From NCBI RefSeq assembly GCF_009914755.1, contig NC_060944.1: DNA of 64,000 nt. One strand, given 5' to 3'. The translations under genes and the position numbers were made by a program. This document shows positions 1 to 14,252 of the stretch, piece by piece. Under the pieces are notes generated by a model, which saw only the letters and a list, made by a program, of their open reading frames with translations, did not search any database and was not told where the DNA came from. The DNA comes from the human T2T-CHM13v2.0 reference genome, Homo sapiens. The number at the start of each line of letters is the position of its first letter. The stretch's first letter is position 1.

Positions 1-439
1 TTTTTTGTGTGAGTTTTGAGGCATTGCTCTTTCTGAGCCCTTACATGAATTCTCATCCCAGGCATCCATGCAAAAGCCTCCGATTTTGCACATAGCACAC
101 TGACAGCTGGATCATGGGTGCCAGATTTTGTAGCTGCTAAGGGGAGGCTGCTGGGAGGAGGAGCAGGGAGGTGGCAGATGATGCAGGGAGAGAAGGATGG
201 AGCTGCACCCTGGCTTGCTCCCTGCTCCAGTTGACTGGTACATTTCCCTGCTTCACGGCTCAGCCAGATGCAGTCACTTAACTCTGTGGTAGATCTCGCA
301 GCACGACAGGTCGGGAGGATCCTAGGCCAGACCCTGGTCTTTCTTCCTGTGCTCCAGATAATTTGCCATCCCGCAGAACTGCTGGGTGGGGCTGCACACC
401 ATGCTGACCAGAGTGAGTGCATGATTCTGAGTCCAAGTC

Positions 440-620
440 ATCAGAGTGCAGCCTTGTCTGTGACAGTATTGCTGTGTGACTTTGGGTAAGTTACTTAATT
501 TCCCTGTGCTGCAATGTCTCATGTGTAAAGTGGGATAGAAGAATAATCCCACCTTCTGAGGTTATGGAAAGGGTCACATAAAGGCATCTGTGCCGTGAGC
601 TTAACATGGTGCTGGCAGGC
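440..620 (+). mobile_element. MIR SINE fragment
   Basis: MIR core-like gctgtgtgactttgggtaagttacttaatttccctgtgc...tgtaaagtgggata. Confidence 0.65.
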
Positions 621-769
621 ATCCCAGGGCTCGGCTCATGCTGGATGCTGCCCTTGCTGTTTTAATCAAGGGCTGTTCAACCCGCTAGCAGCACCAACCA
701 GCCCGTCAACCCCACACCTAGCCTGCTCTCACAACTGCTTGGGGAACTTTTACAAGAGACAAATTTTCT

Positions 770-1406
<637 letters not shown>

Positions 1407-1791
1407 TGATCTCATACTTTTCAAGTGGGATCTGGAAATACATGCCTTCATGATGTTTCCTAAGTGTTGTATATGATCCACTAGATTTTGGAACATCTGC
1501 TGTAGAGTGAGAAGGACAACCTGGGGGGCTGCTAATCAGCACCATCCCAGCATGTGGTGGGCCACAGGTTTGTGTTTGCCCGACTGATGTGAGTTGTGGA
1601 AGGGAAATGGAGGCAGATGCTTCAGGTTGGCTAATCCTATATCTGTTTCTAACTCCTTTCTCCCTTTTCTGTCTCCTCTTCGGAGGGTGGAAAGTGAAAC
1701 ACCCACTTTCTCAGACTCCTAGGAGTGGCCATATCTACACACAAGTGTTCTGGGAGGCTGCAGGAAAAGCTTTGGCTTTGGGGAGAAAAAT

Positions 1792-2115
1792 GATATCCAG
1801 GGGTGATTGGCTCCAGGACTCCCTGCAAGCACCGAAGTCTGCGGATGCTCAAGTCCCTGATATAAAACGGCGTAGTTTTGCACATAACCTGTGCATATCC
1901 TCCTGTCTGCTTTAAATCATCTCTAGGCTACTTATAATGTCTAATACAATGGAAGTGCTATGGGAATAGTTGTTATAATACATTGTTTAGGGAACAATGA
2001 CAAGAAAAAAAGTCTGTACCTGTTCAGTACAGACACGATTATTTTCTCAAATATTTTTGATCTGCAGTTGGTTGAATCCAGGGATGTGGAACCCACAGAC
2101 ACGAAGGGCCAACTG
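1792..2115 (-). mobile_element. MER2 (TcMar-Tigger MITE)
   Basis: gcggatgctcaagtccctgatataaaa...ctgcagttggttgaatcc...gaagggccaactg followed by TA. Confidence 0.9.
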
Positions 2116-2371
2116 TATTTAGATGGATTCCTTTCCATTTCCCTCTTATCTTTAACTCCTCCATGGTGTCTGGAGCTTTGGCAGCCATTTTGCACTCATG
2201 AAGAAAAGTCCAAGGGAAATTGTGAACACCTCAGCCGTGGTAGCATTAGACCCCTCAAATGATGCATCAGCCACCTTCCCAGACTTCTTGTCCTGTAGGT
2301 AAAAGAGGAACCCTTTTTTATTGAGGTTGGTCATGTTTTCTGTTATTTCCAGCTAAAAGGAACCTAATATA

Positions 2372-2478
2372 TGGGCACTGAACTAGGGATGTGGGAGACT
2401 TGGGTTCCAGCCCTGGCTCTGCTTCTGATGGGCTGGGTGGCCTCAGGAAGATTTCTATCCCTTTCTGATCCCCAGTTT
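2372..2478 (+). mobile_element. MIR fragment
   Basis: gacttgggttccagccctggctctgc...ctgggtggcctcaggaag. Confidence 0.5.
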
Positions 2479-2487
2479 AACAACCTA

Positions 2488-3470
<983 letters not shown>

Positions 3471-4465
3471 CTCCTCGGTCTTCAAGATTGTTGAGAGTTT
3501 GGAGCCTGGGTGCACCAGCTTCTTTGTATCTCACTGTCTTCCTCCCCAAACCCAGTGCCCAGCATATAGCCTGGCATGCATGAAAGGCTCAGCCAATTGT
3601 TTGGGTTTGATATACATGTTAATATTGGGAGATTGCTGCATACACTTAAGTGCCGATGTTTCAAGCTGGGGAGGCAGAAGTCTGGGGAAAACAACAGGTT
3701 GGAACTTCATTGCGACTCGGAACATGTCTGGCTGGCATATGAATCCATCTGCCATGACGGCTTGGATAAAAATAGTCCACATTGGAGGCTTCATTCTATT
3801 TGAATGTACAGATTAACCAGTACTATGACAACTATTTTCAGAAAGCAGCTTGCTGAAACTTTGTAATGATGTGTTTAGGCTTCACAGCTTCAAAACATGA
3901 TCTTCTAGGTGAAAGATGGTAAATAGCTTCAAAGAAAGGTATTCCCCTCCCTTTCCTGCCCTTGGAAAACATAACTAGATGATGAATAAAAATGACTCTG
4001 GACCTGTCCATACCACCCATGAAATGTTCCACTTCTTGAGTATTTTATGTAACCAGTGTCAGCCTGGCACAGTGCATTAACACCAAGAGTTTCTTGTGAT
4101 GTTTTCTGGCTGATAATATTTTCCTTACAAGTTCCCTATGAAATCTAAAGCAATAACAACAAAACAGGGCACTTCTACGCTCTTAAAAATGTCATTGTCC
4201 TATTTTTTAATTAGGCAGGATGTCCCTGATTTCCCAGGGGAGTCGATGGGACGCAGTGTTTTACAGCTTATCATTTGGACACCTTAAGTCTGAAGATTGG
4301 GTCCAGGTAACAGGGCCAACAAGAAACCCCTGCACCAGGGAGGTCAGGGACACAGGCCAGGAACGCTGGCTCAGACATGGTGGCTGCAGCTCCTTGGTCA
4401 CAGGATCTTGGGCATCCATCTCTGGCCAGTTTCCCCATCAGTAAAACACGAATGCTGGACCAGAT

Positions 4466-4684
4466 AAGGGTTTCCCAACTCAGCACTACTGACGACTTGG
4501 GAAGGATGACTCTTTGTTGAGAGGGGCTGTCCTGTGCCAATTAAGATGTTTAGCAACACTCCTAACCACTACTACCCACTAGATGCTAGTAGCAACCCCC
4601 AGTTGGGATAACCGAAAATGTCTTCAACATTGCCAAATGCCCCTGGAAGGAGAGGGAAAAATGACCTGCGGTTGATGACCTCCT
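4466..4684 (-). mobile_element. MER20 (hAT-Charlie MITE) copy 1
   Basis: ggggctgtcctgtg...gatgtttagcaac...tacccactagatgctagtagca...aaaatgtcttcaacattgccaaatgcccctgg. Confidence 0.85.
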
Positions 4685-4838
4685 CGCTGTGGCTGACGTG
4701 CTTTGGTGATGCATATGGAGGAGATGATTCAGAGTGTTCACACTGTGCGTTTCCACTTCTTATGGCTCCTAGTTACTCCCAGTGGCTCTGGAGTGGCTCC
4801 CCACCCTATGTGCACGTTCCTTCTGAAAGCCTGGGACA

Positions 4839-4886
4839 AACTTTACAGTTTTATATGTTTACTCAACTTTACAGTTTTATATGTTT
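4839..4886. repeat. Exact 22-bp direct repeat with 4-bp spacer
   Basis: aactttacagttttatatgttt at 4839-4860 and 4865-4886. Confidence 0.95.
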
Positions 4887-5440
4887 TGTTCACGTATAAC
4901 TCACATGCAGAAAAGTGCACGTCAAAAGTTTACATCTCAACGACTTTTCACAAAGTGAGCAATCCATGTGGATGTAGCCAGCACCTAAGCCAAGCTGCAG
5001 GACGGGAGCCACGCCCTCTCCTTCTTCTCCTCTGCCCCAAGTTAGCCACTATCCTGACTTTGGAACCGTAGATTAGTTTTGTCTGGTTTGTTGAACTTGA
5101 TACAATGGAGTCATCCTGTATGTGCTATTTATGTGCCTGGCTTCTTTCACTGTACATTACGTTCGTGAGATTCATTCATGCTCTGTGCACTTGCAGCCCA
5201 TTCACTCTCAGCGTGGATGGTATTCATTATCTGACTGTGCGGCCACTGAATCTTCCATGCCACTGGGGAGGGGCCTTCGGGGCATCTACAGGCTGGGGAT
5301 TATAAATTGCACTGCTGAGAACATTTGTGTGCATGTCTTTTCATGAATATGTGAATGCATTTCTGTTGAGTATATACTGAAGAGTGGAGTTGACAGGTCA
5401 CAGGGCATGTACATATTCAGTTTTAGGGGCTGCCAGATAC
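4887..5440 (-). mobile_element. L1ME-type 3' end (non-inverted part)
   Basis: ccactatcctgacttt...ctggcttctttcact...gagattcattcatg...tgcatttctgttgagtatatac...agtggagttgacaggtca. Confidence 0.85.
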
Positions 5441-5734
5441 TTCTGGAAATTAATAAGAAAAAGACTGAAAACCCTATAGAAAAATCAGTAAAAGAGTTGA
5501 ACGGTCACATCGCGAAAGAAGATGCTCAGTTGTCCAATAAACATGGCATGGTGGTGCTTAACCACTTTAGTCATCTAGGAAATACACATCAAAACCAGGC
5601 CATACTACTGCATCTCCATCAGTGGCTATAAAGAAGGACAAGTTGAAAAGGACATGGAGCAACCAGAAGTTCTGTATGCTGATGGTGGGAGTGGAAATCA
5701 GTGCAACCACTTTGGAAAACTGGCAATATCTTCT
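5441..5734 (+). mobile_element. L1 ORF2 3' region, inverted relative to the adjacent L1 piece
   Basis: aataagaaaaagac...cctatagaaaaat...ggacatggagcaaccaga...gtgggagtggaaatcagtgcaaccactttggaaaac. Confidence 0.85.
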
Positions 5735-5742
5735 TTGAGGTT

Positions 5743-6400
5743 TGTAAGCCACAGAAAGGCACAGGTAAAAACGCACATTTATGATTTGGAACAACTAGGT
5801 TTTATATAAGATACAAAAATTAAACAAAGGATTTGTGCATTGCAAAAAGCTACAAGGAGGTCCAAAGCAGGAAGTTATGCAAAACATAGCATTTGCCCCT
5901 GACTGGGAGTGCAGGGAAGATGTGGAAGAGCAGAGAGGAAGAGAAGGAGGCTAGGGTTAGGTACCTACTCAAGAAGGTTGAAGGGAATTGTGGAAGGAGA
6001 GGGGCCGGTGTCCTGCTCCTGCTGTCAAACTCTAGAACCTTGTGGGGCTGCTGTGATCCCACAGAGAACGTGAAGAGGGCTCCCAGTTCCCTATGGCCAG
6101 TGCCAAGCTGCAAGTACATTAGGGAGTATCTCCAAGGCTTGTGGGTGGGGTAGGAAGTGAAAGACTAAGAGATCAGGGGCCAGGACCTTTTCAAGACTGG
6201 TGAGGAGGATGCAGGGAGGCCGTGGCAGGGACCACAGGCAGATGCCTTGCCAAGGAATGCCCACCAGCCAGAGAGATGGAGTCTAGCACCTGCAGACACA
6301 TGCAGAGACCGGAGGGGCAGGGGGCTGATGGATCACCACCCTCCTCTGCCAGTTCACCACCAGACAGGGAGAAGGAGCTAGAGAGTAAAGCAATGTAAGA
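5743..6400 (-). mobile_element. Possible ancient LTR (family not determined)
   Basis: Begins TGTAAG (CA terminus on minus strand) with LTR-like composition; no firm consensus match. Confidence 0.3.
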
Positions 6401-6699
6401 TGATTTGCCCAAACGTGACTAGTGAGTAAGATAAAAAAAAAAAATTCACATTTGACTAAAAATTTGGTGGATTAAACTGAATAGGTCCATAGGTGACAGC
6501 TTAAGTGTTCTTCTCTAGGAAGACTGGGGGATTGAGATAAAAGCTCAGTCAATTATAGCAGGCAAAGAAAAATTCACTGAGAGCAGTCAGGCCACTGGCT
6601 GTGAATTGCCCACGTCTCCCTTCTACCTGCAGCTCCCAACTGCAACACAGACGGTGTTCCCTTCTTCCCTCCCTGCTTTCCTTCTTTATAACAAAGACA

Positions 6700-7320
6700 A
6701 CCATGAGCTATGGACTGGAGACCCAGCGGGCAAGAATACGAACACTGCTCTCTCCTTTACTTCTCTCTCCAGTCTAATGGGAGAAACAGCACAAAAGAGA
6801 ATGACTACCTACACAGAATACTTTTACTGTTGTGTGTGATGAGTGATGCTTTAGGTGGTTGTTACAAAGAAGGCATCTCTGAGAAGCTTGGAAAGGATGA
6901 GGAGGAGGCAATTGTTCCAAGATAGTGAACACCTGGGAGCAAGCTCCAAGGAGTGGGAGTGGCCTGTGCAAAGGCCCTGGGGCAGGGCATGAGTAGGATT
7001 TTCCAGGGAGTAAAGGAAGTTGATTGTGGCTCAGTGCTCTGAAAGGATCATGGGCGGGGGCACAGACTGTGCAGCCCAGAGGGAGGGATTTTGGAGAAAT
7101 AATGGAAAAACCATTGCAGGGATTTCAGCAACAGGAAAAGCAACCTAATTTATGTGATAGACTCATTCTTCTTGCTGTGATATAGAGAATGTATTAGAGG
7201 AGAAGAGTGGAAGTGAGGGGCCATTTGGAGGTGGTGCCAGAGCCTGGAAATAATGGTGGCCTAGACTAAGCTGATGGCATGGAGAGAATGTGCATGGATT
7301 TAAGATCTCTTAGAAGCAGA
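6700..7320 (-). mobile_element. L2 LINE fragment
   Basis: gcctgtgcaaaggccctggggcaggg...ccattgcagggatttcagca...aatggtggcctagactaag. Confidence 0.7.
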
Positions 7321-7344
7321 AATATAATAACCATAACATACACT

Positions 7345-7490
7345 ATTATTATTATAACCACCACTTCCTGATAACCTACTCTGTGCTGGGCAGTGTGCTT
7401 ATAGTCTCATATATAATATTCAATTTAACCCCATGCGGTAGATACTGTCTTTATCATCCATGTTTTGTAGATGAAAAAATGGAGCTTCCT
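7345..7490 (-). mobile_element. MIR fragment
   Basis: acctactctgtgctgggcagtgtgct...ttatcatccatgttttgtagatgaaaaaatggagc. Confidence 0.7.
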
Positions 7491-7501
7491 AAAAATTACA
7501 T

Positions 7502-7720
7502 TGATACAGGGCAGGGGAGCCCCAAATTGGGGCTTAGACCAAAAGGGTTCTTTGCTTCACCCAGGAAAGAATTTGAGGGTAAGCTGGTGGTAGAAGAAAA
7601 TGCTTTATTGAGATGGCAGTGTTACAGCCCCGTGACTGCTCCCACAGAACAGGCCACCCCATAGGCGGTGTGCTGAGAGTAGCAGGCCAGGGCAGTTCTG
7701 CAGTCGTATTTATACCCACT
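7502..7720 (-). mobile_element. ERV1 (MER4-group, MER39-like) LTR, 3' portion only
   Basis: tgatacagggcaggggagccccaaattggggcttag...gggttctttgcttcacccaggaaagaatttgaggg; AATAAA and TATA box on the minus strand. Confidence 0.75.
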
Positions 7721-7806
7721 TTTTAATTTAAATTTAATTTAATTTAAGTTTTTGAGACAGAGTCTCGTTCTGTTGCCCAGACTGGAGTGCAGTGGTGCGA
7801 TCTCAG
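7721..7806 (-). mobile_element. Alu 3' stub (AT-rich tail plus ~55 bp)
   Basis: tttgagacagagtctcgttctgttgcccagactggagtgcagtggtgcgatctcag, then abrupt loss of similarity. Confidence 0.88.
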
Positions 7807-8304
7807 GGTCATAGATAGTTTTTGTAAATGCTAAAGTAATATTCAAATTTGTATTACTTTCAGAGAATAAAGAACCACCAGTCCTAACAGCCCTAGTACA
7901 GTTTTTTCTTTTCTTTTTTTTTCTGGAGATAAGACTTCAGGAACAGGAATGGAAATGTCCTTTCAGAGAATCTCATGTCTAGAAAGTCCCAGAGAGGGTC
8001 GAACCTGAAGTTCTTTTTCCCTGAAACCAGAAGGAAAACCTCAGCTTGGGCTTAGGGCCTGCTCTGCCTCTGGAAACATCTCTGTTCTCCCATATATTAT
8101 ATTCCCCACTATGTGATGGCCCCTCACATTAGTCAGGAGTGCCTAGAACGTGTGTACCTCACCGCCTTCCCAGGGGGTCTGCCCCCCAGAATGCCTGGCT
8201 TCACTTTCTACCTCTTTTGCAGAGCTTGCCTTGGCAAAACCATCCCCAACGCCTCTCCTTCCACAACTCCCGTCCACCCCATTCTCCTCTCCTGCTTTGC
8301 CCAT

Positions 8305-8510
8305 GATGATAATCACTAACATTTATTAAGCGGTTACTCTTTATCGAGAGTTTTGAAAGTGCTGCCTTGTTGGGCCCTGCCAGCCTCCCCAACAAGTAGG
8401 AGTTGTCCTATACATTCTGCTTACACATATGGAAACTGAGGTTTAGAGAGGTTTCAGGAACTTGACCAAGTCAGTCATGCTGGTGAAAGGTAGCCTGGGA
8501 TTCCAGCCTC
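8305..8510 (-). mobile_element. MIR
   Basis: ctaacatttattaagcg...atggaaactgaggtttagagaggtt...cttgaccaag...ctgggattcca. Confidence 0.75.
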
Positions 8511-8840
8511 CATCCCTTTGAACAGCTGTGTCTCTGTTTCTCCATCTCCTCCTTGAGGTCAGGGCCTCATTGTCTCAGTAACTTCAGCGCTAGCAGAGTG
8601 CTGGGTGTGCGGGCACCCAGTACACATTTGCTGAGGTGAACTGAGTGCTAGAGAATGTTTGAGTGCATTGGAATGTTTGAGCTGGGCCAGATGCAAACCC
8701 AAGGTGTCCCATTGTCACAACCAGACACGGCGGCTGTACCCAGGTATGACAAAATGCTGCTGCTGCAGCTGATGGCAGGAAATCATGATGGAACACCTAT
8801 TTTGTGTCAGACGCTGTGGAAAGCAATTCACAAAGTCATC

Positions 8841-9302
<462 letters not shown>

Positions 9303-9399
9303 ATCATCTTATTTTATCCTATGAAGGATCTGTTGTAAGCTTCAGTTAAGTGACTGGCCTGGCCGATGGAGACCAAACCTGGCCATGGGACTTGGGAGA

Positions 9400-9611
9400 T
9401 GTAACCATCAGCATCACTTGCCCCCAAGGACCACCAGAGGGCAGATGAGAGGCAGGGGAGGACTCACCCTCAGAGCCCCAGGAGGAACCAACCTGGCTGA
9501 CATCTTGATTTTGGAATTCTGGCCTCCAGAACTGGGAGAGAATATATTTCTGTTGTTTTAAGATGCCCAGTTGATGGTATTTTGTGAAGGCACCTCTAGG
9601 AAATGAACACA
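9400..9611 (+). mobile_element. MLT1B/C-type LTR 3' half
   Basis: ccctcagagcc...ggaaccaacctggctgacatcttgattttgg...ggcctccagaactgggagagaata...ctaggaaatgaacaca. Confidence 0.8.
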
Positions 9612-10385
9612 GAAGCTCAGGCAGGCCCGACTCTCAGTTCATTGGCCTCCTAGTAGGGGAGGCCTATAGAGCGTCTGTCGGGCTCACGGCAAATGACCCC
9701 CAGTTAACATTACGGTCTCCCCACATTATAACCATGGCGTGGCCTTTTCTGCTGATAGTTAGTCTAGGCAGAGGTCTTCCCTCGAGATATTCTGTCTGCT
9801 GAAAGGAGGAGGATCTGGGAATTCTTCCACCATGACATGAGACATATTTAGCTTCATTGCAAACCTGAGGTTTTATCCTTTGGGAACATGAGGTAGTACC
9901 TGTGTGTGGAGGTGCGAGGGGGAGTGGGGCAGCCTGGAGAACCACCTGTGTCTTTGCATTTCCTGGGGGAGAAGGCCTAGGCTTGGGGGTTCAGCTGGGT
10001 CTTTGGCTAAACAGTATGATGGAGGAGGACAAGGGTGTCAGTGTCAGCCAGGCCCACTCTGAGTCCTGGCTGCTGGGCCGAGGGCAAGCTATCTAATGTT
10101 GCTCAGTCTCAGTCTTTGCGCCTGGGAAGTGGGCCTGGAGTTCAGGCAGTTAAAGCACTTAACACAGAGCCTAGAATAGGGAAGCAAAACAAAACATACA
10201 TATATACGTATGTGTGTGTATGTATATGGTATAAGTGTTTATTAAAATTCACTTTAATTATAAAAGTTACACTGTTTATATCATCCCAAAGATTTAAATT
10301 TTTGAAAGGAGATCATATAAAAAGAAAAGAAAGAAAAAGAAAAAAAGTACATATAAAACAAATTAGAAATAAACATATAGAAGTA

Positions 10386-10672
10386 CAGTCAGCCCTCTGT
10401 AATCCACAGATACTGCATTGAGGATTCCATCACCCTCAGATCAAATATATTAGAAAAAAGTAGCAAATATAACAATTAAAAAATGATACAAATAAAAAGC
10501 AATAAAATGTAACAAACATTCACATAGCATTTACATTGGATTAGGCATTATAAGTAATTTAGAGATGATTTAAGCTGTATGGGAGGATGTGCATAGGTTA
10601 TATGCAAATATTATGCTAGTTCGTCTGCAGAAGGTCCTGGAACCAATCCCCTTGGATACCAGGAGACGACTG
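10386..10672 (+). mobile_element. MER2/MER2B (TcMar-Tigger MITE) with TA TSDs
   Basis: TA|cagtcagccctctgt...ggtcctggaaccaatccccttggataccaggagacgactg|TA. Confidence 0.9.
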
Positions 10673-11424
10673 TAAACAGAAAGAATATTTAGTGTATAGT
10701 TTTTGCATATTCTCTCTTTGCTGATACATCTCTTTACTTAAAAGTTGGACTTTATTATACAAAATGTTTTCGAACCCTTTTCCTTTAACAATATATGGTG
10801 AATGCTTTTCCATGTGGTTAAATGTTCATCTTCAATATTCTATTTAATGGCTCATTGTGTTCTGTGTAAGAATTTTCATGGGGCTTTGAATGGCACCTAC
10901 AGACACGGGAAGAAATAGGGTTTTGTGATGACAAAATGTGAGGAAATTGTGTACACAGAGATGGGACAGGAAGCAGACTGCTTGCAAACTCCCAGAGGCT
11001 TCTGTGAGACGTGCGGCTGTGGGGGCACCCACTCTTCTCCAAAGGGGCTCTTCCGGTTCACAACCCCAGCACGGCCTTCCCGGCAGAATACTGGCAGATT
11101 ACACATTTTGCCAATCTGAATGTGTGGGAATTCTATCCTACTGTTTTCATTTGCGTTTCCTTTATTACTCAAGAAGTTGAACATATTTTCCATTTGCTCC
11201 TCCCATTTCCTCTTCTACAATTTGTCAATTTTTTTTATTGGTTTGAATGGATTTCTTTTATTATTTTATAGGACTACTTTATAAACTCTAGATAAGATTT
11301 CCTTGCCAGTTACATGCCTTGCAAAGACATTGTTTTGTCAGATTGGAACTTATCATTTAATGTGGTTTATAGTGTCTCTTGTCAAAGAAAAATTTACTGT
11401 TTAAAATAGTTAAAGTTGTCAATA

Positions 11425-11720
11425 TTTTCTTTTTTTTGAAACAGGGTCTCACTCTGTTGTCCAGGCTGGTTGCAGTGGTATGATCACAGCTTATGGCAGC
11501 TTCAATCATAAGGGCTCAAGCAATCCTCCGGCCTTAGCCTCCTGAGTAGCTGGGACTACAGGCATGACCATCATGTCCAGCTAATTTTTTTTTTTCTTTT
11601 GGTAGAAATGGGGTCTGGCTGTGTTGCCCAGGCTGGTCTCGAACTCCTGGGCTCAAGCAGTCCTCCTGCCTTGGGCTCCCAAAGTGCTGGGATTACAGGT
11701 GTGAGCCACTGTGTCTGGCC
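11425..11720 (-). mobile_element. AluJ (Jo/Jr-like)
   Basis: acagggtctcactctgttgtccaggctgg...gggctcaagcaatcctcc...gtgagccactgtgtctggcc. Confidence 0.95.
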
Positions 11721-11839
11721 CCTTTCTTTACTGGTGTCTTATATACTTTGGATGTCTTAAGAAGTACATATCTACTGCAACACTGTGGAGACACTCCCCC
11801 ATGTTATACCTTAGTAATACACTGGTAAGCACTCATACT

Positions 11840-12020
11840 GAGTAGCTCTGTGACTTGGGGAAAGATCTCTCTCTGGACTGAGATTTCTTGGTTTATAAAA
11901 TGGGGGTAATAAAGGTACCTGCTTTGTTAAGTTGTTTGGCAGGTTAACAGAGTTAACCTATGTCAAGTCCTTAAAAGTGCCTGGCGCCTGACATTCACTC
12001 AAGAAAAGTTAGACGATTAT
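11840..12020 (+). mobile_element. MIR
   Basis: tagctctgtgacttggggaaag...tataaaatgggggtaataaaggtacct...gtgcctggc. Confidence 0.75.
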
Positions 12021-13099
12021 CATTGTCCTAAAAGTCTTAGTTTTCCTTCTAGTATTTTTGCCTTAAAATTCATCTGGAGTTTGTACATAAGGTATGGATT
12101 TAATGTAATTGTTTCCCTATGACTAGCTTACTGCCCCAGCATCAGGTATTGAACGATCCATGTATTCACCACAGTTTTCAAGGCTACTTCTATTCCATAT
12201 CAGGGTTCCAGATATCAATTTCTGTGCTACCCTGTTCCAAGGTCCTAATTTTTTTATCCCCAGGACAAAAATGCATGTTTAATTTCATATAGACTTAATA
12301 GCCGATAACCGAGTGGTCAGTACTCCCTTGTACATTTTTCTCCAAAACTGTCTTAATCATTCTTCATGTAACTTACCTATGTGGATTACAGGAGCTGCTC
12401 GTCAACTTCCCTGAAAACCCCGAGACCAACACTCAACCACTGAACTCTCTCTCCTAGACACACCACATTAGGACATTTGTTTACCTGCCATTTTGTTTGT
12501 TTAATAAGGTTTTATTTCGGAAAATGCTCAGTTGGATGAACTTTTGTATGTGTCTTCACTGGCACCAGGGACAGGTCTTTTCTGTGTCGGTGGCTCAGGT
12601 GTCTTGGGCTGTGTTATGAGAGTAGCTTGACTGGTCCTTTTCACAGGGTTCCTGGAGCTCACTGGAACCAGAGAACTTCAAAACTCAGGTACTCAGAGAT
12701 AATCCTTGCATTTCTGAGCATGCTGGGGACTTCCTCACAGGACAGGCTGTCTGTGGCTTTGGTGACAAGATCAGGCTGTTGGGTAAGCTCTTTCTGGGCT
12801 TGCCCCAACGTGTCTGCCGAATTTCTGGCATCTTTCTGCTTTTCATCTTCTCATCTTCCTCTTTTTTGGTGACATTACAGCTCTGATTTTAACTGCATTT
12901 AGGTGGATAGATTCTATCTCAAAATTTCTGTCTTCTAACTTTAGTATTTTACCAATTTATATCTACTGTGATTACTGAGTTTAGTTCTACTATGTTATTT
13001 TGTGGTTTTTATTTATTGTCTTTTTAAAAATATTTTTTCTCCTCTTTTTAGTCTTCCATTACAGACTGAATAATTATTCAAAGTTCATTTATTCCCTGA

Positions 13100-13565
<466 letters not shown>

Positions 13566-14005
13566 TAAACTTTTAAATTTGATTACTCATTCTATTTTCT
13601 AAGATATATTATTTTAGTATTACACTTTCACCATATTTTTAGCCTCTGTTAATTAGTAATTATCAATATCATTTTTATAATCAATGAAAATTAAATTCCC
13701 CACGTGTTTACTGATAGTGGGATTGCAGCTATCTCTTGACTCTCACTCTTTGATACTTGTTTCTTATTAGTCAAAAACTTCTTTTAATAGTTCTTTCACT
13801 TTGGGTCTGTGAGTGGTGAATTTTTCAGTCTTTGTCTGAAAATGTCTTAATTTTTGCCTTCACTCTTAAACAACAGCTTATTTTAATATCAAGTTTTAGA
13901 TTTTTTTCTCATAGTCCATAAAGGTATTGTTCCATTGTTATGTGGTCTTTATTATTACTGAGAAGTTGATTGCTGTTCTCATTATTGTTCCTTTGTAGAG
14001 AACTA

Positions 14006-14252
14006 TGTCCTTCTGGCTGCTTCGAAGGTTTTCTCTTTGTCTTTGGTAATCTTCATCTCACTGGGACACATCTAGGAATGAGTATATATTTCATATGTTT
14101 TCAACAGAGGATTTATTTGTATCCTCAATTTTGAAAAACTCAAAATGATTTTGTTTTGAAGATTACCTTTCTTCCATCTCTGTTATCTTCTCCTGCAACT
14201 TATTTTGACTATACATTGGCCTTCTCATTCTGTTGTTTGTTTTGAAATTCTT
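14006..14252 (+). repeat. Local direct duplication, copy A (template)
   Basis: About 96% identical to 14972-15220 by manual alignment. Confidence 0.95.

Larger units (their letters stand above)
10680..12420 (-). mobile_element. Fragmented ancient L1 (L1ME-type) with nested AluJ and MIR
   Basis: tttgcatattct...cctttaacaatatatgg; gttttcatttgcgtttcctttattact...gttgaacatattttc; attcatctggagttt. Confidence 0.6.
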
